Source: Epithemia pelagica | Taxonomy: Eukaryota > Protista > Bacillariophyta | Direction: 5' to 3' | DNA length: 64,000 bases | NCBI GenBank assembly: GCA_946965045.2 | Contig: OX337230.1 | Span: 496,001 to 560,000 of the forward strand | Notes under the pieces: generated by a model | Databases searched by the model: none | Told to the model about the DNA's origin: nothing | The model's input: the letters and a program-made list of their open reading frames with translations, nothing else | Made by a program: the position numbers and the translations under genes | Shown: positions 11,766 to 19,923 of the stretch, piece by piece | Layout of the letters: each line of letters begins with the position of its first letter | Position numbering within the stretch: the stretch's first letter is position 1

Positions 11766-12368
11766 TTATGATTCTCGGATGAGTTTCACGTTGTTCAGTT
11801 GTCTTCGATGTTCTTTGAACTTGTTCGTGATCTTATTCCAAATGCGGACCCAAACTTGCTCGCCCGACTTTGTGTATCTCACAACAGTCCCTTGAAGATT
11901 TGAAATTCCCCTAGCGTGTTGTGCCAACTTGACAGGTGTGAGGACTGAGACTTTCGAGTGAACTTGAATCACGTCTTCTACTTTTTGTTCTTCTGTGTCT
12001 TCAACTTCAACTGCTGCTGCTTCAGGTAGTAGTTCACCTCGTTCTGCTTGTCCCAAAATATGTTCGTCTTCTTCAAGTGCTGTTCTGTATACTGCTGCTG
12101 AGTCGGCTTCAAACTGATTTCTTGCTTCACGAAGCGCTTGTCTATACCGCGTATTCTCAGTAGCACGTTCCTCTTGATAGCGCTGTTCCAACTGGGCTTT
12201 ATCAGCCCAGTACCGGCGGTCCACCGCACGAAGACGGTCTTCGTGGGCTTGTTCCAGCTGGCCGGTCTTGCGCTTTTCTGTTCGTTGGAGGCGTATAAAG
12301 GCAGTTATCAATCTTGAGATTGAACCATCCGCGGGACCTTCAGAACACGGGCCTTCACTTTTTGACAT
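11766..12368 (-). CDS. Extra ORF (200 aa) upstream of gag inside element 1; coiled coil plus a small beta-barrel-like C-terminus
   Basis: Intact ATG..TAA ORF ending 2 nt before the gag ATG and lying between the primer region and gag. Confidence 0.7.
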   Translation of the reverse strand: MSKSEGPCSEGPADGSISRLITAFIRLQRTEKRKTGQLEQAHEDRLRAVDRRYWADKAQLEQRYQEERATENTRYRQALREARNQFEADSAAVYRTALEEDEHILGQAERGELLPEAAAVEVEDTEEQKVEDVIQVHSKVSVLTPVKLAQHARGISNLQGTVVRYTKSGEQVWVRIWNKITNKFKEHRRQLNNVKLIRES

Positions 12369-12607
12369 TCAGTGCAAGCTGAATGAGGGTTGGTCTTAAC
12401 AAGCGTGAAATTTCACATGTTTCACACTAAAACACCTTCGGTTTGTCACAGTTTTTAGACGTGAAATCCTAGGGTCTAAACGATGTGAAATGTTTTCACA
12501 CCCTCCCACCACTTCCCCCACACCATCATCCATCTGATCCGCACGTACGACAACAAAAACCAATAACCACACTTTGATTGTTGTGCACATATTGATTGTT
12601 GTGCACG

Positions 12608-13945
12608 ATGAATCTCTTGACAATGGAGGAAGAAGAAGAAATTGCTGAACAGGAGACAGCATTTGATGTTCTTGGTTTGATTCAGCTATGGATGCAGATC
12701 AAACAACAAGAAACACCAAGAGTACCAAGAAGTCGTTCACCAAGTTGTCCCCTCAAGCTACTCCACTGGGAAACTTTCGTGGCTGCGCATATGACGAACA
12801 ATCCGAAAGACTTCGAGAAGTGCATCAGAATGCCTGTGGATGCATTCGCAAAACTCCATATCTTGATCAAAGAGAAGCTTCACAAGGACGAGGACATGGC
12901 AGCACGTCGGGGTGGAGCGATACCCACTGAACTACGGCTTTACATGACCCTTCGTTATCTAGGAGGGGGTGCAATGCACGACATCCGAAGAACTGTGGAT
13001 GTCAAGAAATCAACAGCTTATGCTGTTGTTTATGAAGTGTGCCAGGTCATTGCAGCTACTCAGCAGCTGCAGATGACATTTCCACAGACAGAGCAGGAAT
13101 GCCAAGAGGCAGCACTAGCCTTTCGTAGCATTTCATTTGACGAAGCAATTGTGAATTGCGTTGGAGCAATCGATGGATACTTGCTCCACACGGAGCAACC
13201 AAGAAAAAAACTCGTTGGGAATCAGAGGCAATATTACTCTGGACACTACAAGAAATTTGGGATAAACATTCAAGCTGCATGCGATCATGAATGTAAGTTC
13301 ACATACTTTGCACTAGCCGGACCAGGGAGCATGAACGATAAAGTCGCGGTCAACGAATGTTCTTTGGGAACCCTGATCAGCGGACTTCCTCAAGGTTTTT
13401 GTGTCATTGGAGACGCCGCCTATGAGCCTACTGAGCGTCTAACACCTATTTTTTACGGTGTTACAAAAGAAGAGCCACTTTATGACAACTTCAATTTCTT
13501 TGCTTCGCAGCTGCGGATCAGGATTGAAATGACTTTTGGCTTGATGCAAATGAAATGGCGCTTCCTCTTGCAAGCACGGCAAGCCACAAGAAGACTTCCA
13601 ACCTACGTCATGGCAATTGCTCTACTCCACAACTATGTCACGAACTATAGATTGCAACAGAATGCGTCAGTGGAAGAGATGCTCCGACAAGAGTCCCAAC
13701 AAGATGAAACTATGTTGCCTTCACAGCCTGTGGACCTAGAAGGAAATGTCATGTTGTATGACGAGAATGGTAATATTGTCAGACGAAGCTTACCTAAGGG
13801 ACACTCCATTCTTCGCCATCTTATGGCTTTACGAATTCAAGAAAAAAATCTTCATCGCCCAGTAACCAACATTAGGAGGCATTCGACTGAAGACAATGCC
13901 GACTCTGCAGAGGTTGAGACAGAGAATAATGCAGAAAATGATTAA
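12608..13945 (+). CDS. Harbinger DDE transposase (DDE_Tnp_4 / HARBI1-like)
   Basis: Motifs VGAIDG, YYSGHYKKFGINIQAACD, GPGSMND, IGDAAY and RIRIEMTFGLMQMKWR; uninterrupted ORF. Confidence 0.93.
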   Translation: MNLLTMEEEEEIAEQETAFDVLGLIQLWMQIKQQETPRVPRSRSPSCPLKLLHWETFVAAHMTNNPKDFEKCIRMPVDAFAKLHILIKEKLHKDEDMAARRGGAIPTELRLYMTLRYLGGGAMHDIRRTVDVKKSTAYAVVYEVCQVIAATQQLQMTFPQTEQECQEAALAFRSISFDEAIVNCVGAIDGYLLHTEQPRKKLVGNQRQYYSGHYKKFGINIQAACDHECKFTYFALAGPGSMNDKVAVNECSLGTLISGLPQGFCVIGDAAYEPTERLTPIFYGVTKEEPLYDNFNFFASQLRIRIEMTFGLMQMKWRFLLQARQATRRLPTYVMAIALLHNYVTNYRLQQNASVEEMLRQESQQDETMLPSQPVDLEGNVMLYDENGNIVRRSLPKGHSILRHLMALRIQEKNLHRPVTNIRRHSTEDNADSAEVETENNAEND

Positions 13946-13963
13946 AGATCTCAACACATATAC

Positions 13964-15286
13964 CTATAGTCCTAAAATGGTTGCTAATTCAGCAATCCTC
14001 TTCTTCATACGTTGTTTCATTTCGTCACTGTCTTGGTCTTTCAGGGCTGCTGTCAATATGCTGAATTCGTTGAGTAAAGCTGCTTTTCCCATTCGCTCCT
14101 CACGTTTCATGGCGTTCCCAATAATGGCATTCTTCAAATCTCCAATTGCTGATGTCATATGAGAGTCAGTGGTACCATTTGTAGGAGTTGTTGTGCAGGA
14201 AATTGGTGAAGGAGCTCGCGAGGATGCACGAGAGCTCTTACCATCATTCTTGGCAGCAGGAAGGCTGTCGATAGCAAAACAAGGAGCAAGAGCACTTGTA
14301 AAGGTCGTTTCAAAGTTCTGGACTGTGTTGCTTTTGGAATAAAAGTAAAAGGCAGTGAACTGTGAAATTTTACCCCCAGACCTTGCTCTCGCTATACCTG
14401 CTTTCGCGAAGTCCCAGGGATCGCTAGAATGACTCCCACTAGCATTCATTGCTGTCTCCATATGTTTCCTCACTTGTAGAAGAGTCTTCAGGATATTATT
14501 TGCTTCGTTGGGAGTGAGCTTGTTGGTGTTCTTGAGGGAGGGATCCAATCCTGCCAGCCCAGCATCCAACACGTGGTTGTTGTACGTCAAGTTTCTGTCA
14601 TCCTTGTTGTCGTCTCGAATTTCCAACTTTCCATATTGGTCAGGGTTAATTCTTTTCTCTACTTGGGAATCCTCTTCTGAATACTCTTCTTCTGAATCAT
14701 CTTCTGATTTTTTCTCAAGATCGGTACATTCCTTAAGTTTTTGGGGAGAACAATCGGCACCGTTGACTGCATCGACTACTAGCTTCCAAAATCGCTGGTA
14801 TTGCGACCCACTACCAGTTTCTTGAACGGCCCTGGACCTTCCATCATTGAAAGCCATGAATTCATCTATAAAGTCACGATGAAACAACACATTGATGAGA
14901 CGGCAGTGGGTGGATGGAATCTTCTCCAGCTGTCTTGTGATTATACCAATCTCATTTTTTGTCTTGAGGAGATGGTATCGTAGCTCTGTCTTGTTGAGGC
15001 TGGCTTTCGTGATACCAAGCCTCCTCACAAGCTTCCTGAGTTGATGCACAGAGAGATCCTTGTCGACGTGCGTCTTGTTGTCGCCTTTTGCAATGATACA
15101 GGCAACTTCGACTTCTTCTTCTTGTCCTTCGTTTGTTTTTATCTTCTTCATCTCAGTTGTAATTGTATACTCATGTAAAGTTAGAGTATCCAGAGCCTCT
15201 AAAAATGGTGGAAGAGGTTTTTCAACACGCTTTGCTTTCTTCTTCTCAGGCCCAACATCCTGAGGTGCAGGAGGAGGGTCCGTCAT
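13964..15286 (-). CDS. Harbinger second (DNA-binding accessory) protein
   Basis: Intact ORF inside the TIRs, convergent with the transposase, as in the usual two-gene Harbinger layout; SAP/HeH-like segment LSVHQLRKLVRRLGI..LNKTELRYHLL. Confidence 0.8.
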   Translation of the reverse strand: MTDPPPAPQDVGPEKKKAKRVEKPLPPFLEALDTLTLHEYTITTEMKKIKTNEGQEEEVEVACIIAKGDNKTHVDKDLSVHQLRKLVRRLGITKASLNKTELRYHLLKTKNEIGIITRQLEKIPSTHCRLINVLFHRDFIDEFMAFNDGRSRAVQETGSGSQYQRFWKLVVDAVNGADCSPQKLKECTDLEKKSEDDSEEEYSEEDSQVEKRINPDQYGKLEIRDDNKDDRNLTYNNHVLDAGLAGLDPSLKNTNKLTPNEANNILKTLLQVRKHMETAMNASGSHSSDPWDFAKAGIARARSGGKISQFTAFYFYSKSNTVQNFETTFTSALAPCFAIDSLPAAKNDGKSSRASSRAPSPISCTTTPTNGTTDSHMTSAIGDLKNAIIGNAMKREERMGKAALLNEFSILTAALKDQDSDEMKQRMKKRIAELATILGL

Positions 15287-15518
15287 GGTGGGGGTTTGTT
15301 TGATTTTGTTGGTTGGAACTTGGCGCAGGCTAAAAAATCTCAATTTTTCTCTCTCCTAGGAACCCATAAACCTCTGTGTGAAATATTGTTCGATGTGAAA
15401 AGAGCCCTGGAGAGCAGATTTGTGAATTTCATCAAATTTCACTGCAACGTCAGGCCACGTAGGCAGAAAGTGTGAAATGTGTGAAATTTCACGCTTGTTA
15501 AGACCAACCCTGAGTGTT

Positions 15519-15532
15519 TTCTTTTTAAAATA
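15519..15532 (-). promoter_or_regulatory. Primer-binding position of element 1, complementary to its own LTR (candidate self-priming site)
   Basis: Minus-strand TATTTTAAAAAGAA starts at the first base after the 5' LTR and is the exact complement of the LTR segment TTCTTTTTAAAATA (15603-15590). Confidence 0.75.
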
Positions 15533-15746
15533 TGTTGAAACACAACTCCAATCGTACCGTACAAGTAACCACTAGAGATGATCTCGTGTTATTTTAAAAA
15601 GAATGAGCCTCCTCTTGGCTCATTTGTTTGTTTCGCCTCGATCTTGTTTCTATGACTATGACGTGTCACCAGAGTCCATTGGGCCTTTTCCTCTTCAGTC
15701 GCACTTTTCGTTTCCTTTTCCTTACTCGCATCCACTTGTTCTAACA
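15533..15746 (-). repeat. 5' LTR of element 1
   Basis: Direct repeat of 6705-6918; TGTT..AACA termini. Confidence 0.95.
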
Positions 15747-15846
15747 AGACGAGAGAGTTTTGTGGTTTGGTTTGGTTCGTTGGTTCGTTCGTTCGTTCTC
15801 TCTCCTTCGCGCACAAAATGGACTCGACACAGTTTTACATATACAG

Positions 15847-17066
15847 CGGCTGCATTTGTTTGGGCAGGATCCACATTTGGCAGATATGGCAGGTGAATTT
15901 TCGTTTCGACTATTGCCAGGGCTATTTCCATACTATCTCTTTAAAATCTTGACGAAGTATCTACAAACACAAAATAGACTTGCGCCTGGAGTGTGGATTG
16001 GAGTCTTGGCCAATGGAATGAATGCCCTCTTCAATTGGGCGTTGATTTTTGAGGCCGGGTGGGGCATTGCTGGGGCTCCCTGGGCGACGACTTTGACTCG
16101 CGCTGCAGAATTTGTCATGATTATTGGTTATGTTCAGTTTCAAAAGAAGAACTTGCGAGAGACGTGGCCTAGGTTTGACAAGGAAAATTTAAGCTTTGAC
16201 GTTCTACGCCCCTTTTGGAAGTTGGCGATTTCTGGGGCACTCTCCATTACTGCAGAGGCTGTACGTTGTTCTTGTATCTTATTAACCGCTTGCTGACTAT
16301 CCATGGACTATCATCTGATCTTCGGTGCTCGATTTCTCTAAACTGCAAACCAATAGTGGTCCTTTGAAATTACCACCATCCTAGCTGGTCTTTTGGGCGT
16401 GACAGGTTGGACGCCCACATTATCACGCTGTCCATTGCCACCTTTCTGTTCTTGAGTTTCCCATTTGCCGTTGGTATTGCAGCTTCGATTCGTGTGGGAC
16501 AATTGATTGGCGATTAACGGGCCAAAGACGCACGTCGCTCTTGCTGGACGTCGTTCTTTTTCAGTGCCATGGCACAAGCTATCTTGATTGCCATTCTGCT
16601 GCCCACAGGCGAAATCCTGGGGCGCCTGTTCAGCACAGATGCAGAAGTGGCGACCATGGTTGCCGAGTTGATTCCGATTTCCTGCATTTTTATGATGGGA
16701 GACGCCATTCAGGCCACCGTCGGAGGAGTCCTGCGAGGTTTGGGTCGTCAAAAGTTGGTTCTATGGCTCAACGTACTTGGCTTTTGGATCTTTGCGGTTC
16801 CGATTGGAGCCATTATGACGTTCGTCGCAGGTTATTGCGTGTACGGATTGTGGTGGGGCATGGTGATTGGCATCTATGCATCCTCCGCCGTTGGGATATG
16901 GTTTTTAAGGGTCCGAGTGGATTGGCAAAAGGAGACCCTGAAGGCAATTAAACGACTATCGACCCTCACAGAGCGGCAGACTACACGAATCCTGGCGGCA
17001 ACGGAAGGAGATCGCCGCCTTGGAGGAATTGTAGATGGATATGATATTGAAGTCGAAAGTTGCTAG
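15847..17066 (+). pseudogene. MATE efflux transporter, 5' part absent and coding frame disrupted
   Basis: MATE motifs KYLQTQN, AEAWSFE, AASIRVGQLIG, GGVLRGLGRQ and GLWWGM; acceptor at 15846; intron 16261-16356; 1-nt frameshift near 16410; in-frame TAA at 16515-16517; no upstream MATE exons found in the window. Confidence 0.85.
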
Positions 17067-17211
17067 CTTGTTCATATTGTTGGAGCAATGTTGATAGAAT
17101 CATAGAGCTACGAAATGCGCAAATAGTCTGAGAAAGGCCTTCGTCCTAACCTAGAAAATTCAGTTCAGCCTTCTCCCCTAGGCTCTCTTCCCTTCCAAAG
17201 TTGTGAGCTAG

Positions 17212-17474
17212 CTCGGAAGCTACGCGTACAACATCGTTTACGACGTTAGGTAGAACTTCCGAGTCCAACTTGTAACTGCACAATGAAACTGCAGGATCGA
17301 TCCTGCAGTTTTGATTCATTTGGATTCGGCGATAAGGCCTCTAATTTTTTCACAAGATTTCTAAAAAATTTTCACTCCGAGAGGAGTCTGTCCGGTGTAC
17401 GGGATATAGGAATTTTACCGCACGGGTCTTTACAGAAGTCCCAGGTGAGTCACGCGGGACTGTAAAGACACGTG
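17212..17474. other. Cluster of palindromes and hairpins upstream of the Crinkler-like gene
   Basis: Perfect 26-bp palindrome at 17286-17311; stems 17212-17219/17256-17263 and 17343-17350/17363-17370; ACTCC-GAGA-GGAGT at 17374-17387; long imperfect stem at 17421-17474. Confidence 0.6.
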
Positions 17475-17677
17475 TCAGGGTGGCCGCGTGTACCACGTGT
17501 AACTCTCCTACTGGGCCGGCCTCATCTGCTCATTTTTCATCTATGGGTCGTGAGGATAGGTTGTGCGGCCGCTCTACCGCTATGCAGCATATGTATTGGT
17601 GTCACGAACCATCAATGGCTGTATTGTGAATTTTGTTGTTGTTGTTGTTGTTATTTGTTCCCCATCATATCCGTGCC

Positions 17678-19540
17678 ATGGAGTTTCCAGAACCGATACT
17701 TGATGTACAGGTATCGGATGCTCCGAACGAGCAGGTTCCTGCCATTCTGGATGCTGTGTGGCAGAAGGACGAGCGGTGGACAGCCGCGTATCGCACGTTT
17801 GCTGACACGCAGCCTCAAGCCGCGGGGAAAGGCGTGGAGGTCACTCAAATGTCGCAAAGTCTACTAGATGATGACACAGCTTCTCCTCACGTGGTTACTC
17901 GAAAAGAACAGAGGGATGTTGTCGAGTGCGCATTCCAGAAATCTCGGCGGTTGCTGCATGACGCCACGGTCACAATCACCGTACGCGGATCACCCGGTAT
18001 CGGCAAGAGTTGGGCTTCCCTGATCTACATAAAAACACTCATGAACCAAGACGCAGAGCGACGAAGGCCAATCCTTTTTGAGAAGGGTCAGAATAATCAA
18101 AATCGTAGTTTGCTCTTGTTCATGTCAGAAGGCGACGAAGCCGCCGGTGCTGCGTGGACGGTTTATCGTCTCAAAGAAGGCATCAATCTACCAGCGGAGT
18201 GGCTCGACTGTTCCGTTCTCGACGTTGTGATCGACCCACCCTGGTTCCCTCCAACCGTGGAACCAACTCCGTCAAGACTTATAAGTTCACGTGGCCATCG
18301 CTTCATTCCCGTTTCTCCAGACGACCGACACCTCGGAAGCGCCTTCAAGGCCTCCAGCGAAATGACCGAACTAGTGCTCGGCCCTTGGGATCTGGAGGAA
18401 CTGAAAGTGGCTTTCCCGTACATGGTGTTTAACAAACCGCGTAGAGTGTTTCAAACCAACAAGCACATCTTCGACAAGACGCTGTTCTTCATGGAAGAGA
18501 ACTACTACATTTTGGGCGGACTGCCCCGTTATCTGACAGACAACGACAAAAATAGAAAACGCATAGCTGAGATCACACCCGAAAAGGCTGAAACGCATGC
18601 TCCAGTGCTGCTCAATGCCTTGGCTCAAGGGACGTCTTTCTCTGATTCTACCTCCGAAAAACTATTAACGCGTTTCTTCACACTTCGTGCCGGAGAAGAT
18701 GAGAATGGATACAATCCCAACAGGTTGTATGCGACGCTTGATTTTGTCTCTCCAGGGGCGGCCAAGGCAGCAGGAAAGATTATTCTACAGAAGATTCATA
18801 AGGACATTATGTGGAGGAACCAACGTGATGCTTCTGATATCGGTCTCGCTTTTGAGCGAACTGTGCTCATATTCTTGTCCCTTGGCGAAGCAGGAATGAG
18901 AAAGATCGGTATCAAAACCCGCTGTCGTAAGCTACTTGGCTCTGGGGTTGCTGGTACCGAACAAGGGGTGAACGTGTCCGAAAAACTTGATGAGAACAAT
19001 GTCTTGTTTTCGACGACCGGAAACCATCCTTTCTACAAGATAAACGAATCCCCCGATGCTGCAGCATTTGAAGACACCGTAAAAGCGAATGGAAAGGGAA
19101 TGGCGTATGAGGAGCGAAGCGACGCACTCCCAATGCTGAAATCATCGAAGTCATTGCATTTGCCTCCCGACGGATACTGTAACGTCGATGCGATGGTTGG
19201 GGCTGACCTTGGGCTTCAGACAACTTTACAAAAGACCCACACCGTATCAGGGCCCGAGTATATTCGCCAAAGGAAATCCTTTGGTCTTTCTGAAGATGAT
19301 CCCTTTTCTCTGGTTTTTATTGTGCCACCCGAGCGGTTTGACAATGGTTGGAAGACTATTCAACAGTTCCACTGGAGTTCAGAGGCGGGTGAGGCAGCCA
19401 CAAGCCGAAAGCGACGAAAGGTGGCTACAACAACAGGTGGGTCCATTTCCTCGAATGTGGCAACCATCTCAGAATCAGACAAGCGGAAAGCGCGTTCGTC
19501 AATCTGTCAGTATGTCATGACTCTTGAATTTGATAAATAA
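17678..19540 (+). CDS. Crinkler/RHS-like P-loop NTPase plus PD-(D/E)xK (REase) domain protein
   Basis: Walker A GSPGIGKS; family-type motifs VSPD, PWDLEEL and GGLPRYL; C-terminal AFE..P..Y.NVDA..LQTT..KTH..VFIVP; NLS-like RKRRKV; no intron apparent. Confidence 0.75.
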   Translation: MEFPEPILDVQVSDAPNEQVPAILDAVWQKDERWTAAYRTFADTQPQAAGKGVEVTQMSQSLLDDDTASPHVVTRKEQRDVVECAFQKSRRLLHDATVTITVRGSPGIGKSWASLIYIKTLMNQDAERRRPILFEKGQNNQNRSLLLFMSEGDEAAGAAWTVYRLKEGINLPAEWLDCSVLDVVIDPPWFPPTVEPTPSRLISSRGHRFIPVSPDDRHLGSAFKASSEMTELVLGPWDLEELKVAFPYMVFNKPRRVFQTNKHIFDKTLFFMEENYYILGGLPRYLTDNDKNRKRIAEITPEKAETHAPVLLNALAQGTSFSDSTSEKLLTRFFTLRAGEDENGYNPNRLYATLDFVSPGAAKAAGKIILQKIHKDIMWRNQRDASDIGLAFERTVLIFLSLGEAGMRKIGIKTRCRKLLGSGVAGTEQGVNVSEKLDENNVLFSTTGNHPFYKINESPDAAAFEDTVKANGKGMAYEERSDALPMLKSSKSLHLPPDGYCNVDAMVGADLGLQTTLQKTHTVSGPEYIRQRKSFGLSEDDPFSLVFIVPPERFDNGWKTIQQFHWSSEAGEAATSRKRRKVATTTGGSISSNVATISESDKRKARSSICQYVMTLEFDK

Positions 19541-19584
19541 TACAATGAACGTCCACCGCAAGAGTGTGTCTTGTGTCGCGAACA

Positions 19585-19821
19585 TGCGAGTATAGCTGGG
19601 GTAGCAAGCTTATACCCGGCAACAAGACTCATCAATCACGAATGATGAGCGACGTAGATGTGAACGAATGGATGGAATGACTCATCCAAAAGATATTGAA
19701 GAAAAGATCCAAGTGAATTTAGTGAGAATTTAGGACTAACATAATAGTGATTATCAGAATAAGTATCCTTTTACGGATTGCTCAATGGGAAAGAGACCGC
19801 CGTTCTTTTCCACTACTCGCA
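19585..19821 (+). repeat. 5' LTR of element 2
   Basis: Identical to 26483-26719. Confidence 0.96.
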
Positions 19822-19834
19822 GGTTATGAGCCCA
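19822..19834 (+). promoter_or_regulatory. PBS complementary to the anticodon arm of initiator tRNA-Met (half-tRNA priming, Ty5/copia type)
   Basis: GGTTATGAGCCC is the reverse complement of GGGCTCATAACC and abuts the LTR. Confidence 0.85.
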
Positions 19835-19923
19835 AGTATTACGCTGTAGAAGGTTTCCCAAGGTCGTACGGTGACAAGGAAGTGAGTGCTCTGGCAAGAT
19901 AGGACAGAGAGAAGGTGAGAACA

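Larger units (their letters stand above)
12387..15510. mobile_element. PIF/Harbinger DNA transposon (3124 bp) nested in the 5' leader of element 1
   Basis: TIRs GGGTTGGTCTTAACAAGCGTGAAATTTCAC (30 bp perfect, ~42 bp with 2 mismatches); 3-bp TSD TGA at 12384-12386 and 15511-15513; two convergent ORFs; many subterminal GTGAAA/TTTCAC motifs. Confidence 0.95.
6705..15746 (-). mobile_element. Ty1/copia LTR retrotransposon, element 1 (~5.9 kb without the nested Harbinger)
   Basis: 214-bp LTRs with TG..CA ends at 6705-6918 and 15533-15746 (1 mismatch); TSD AGACG at 6700-6704 and 15747-15751; gag-PR-IN-RT-RH order on the minus strand. Confidence 0.96.

Noticed and set aside
15589-15816. 75-aa ORF identical to the Pol C-terminus
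   Set aside because: It is the LTR copy of the pol tail, not a separate gene.
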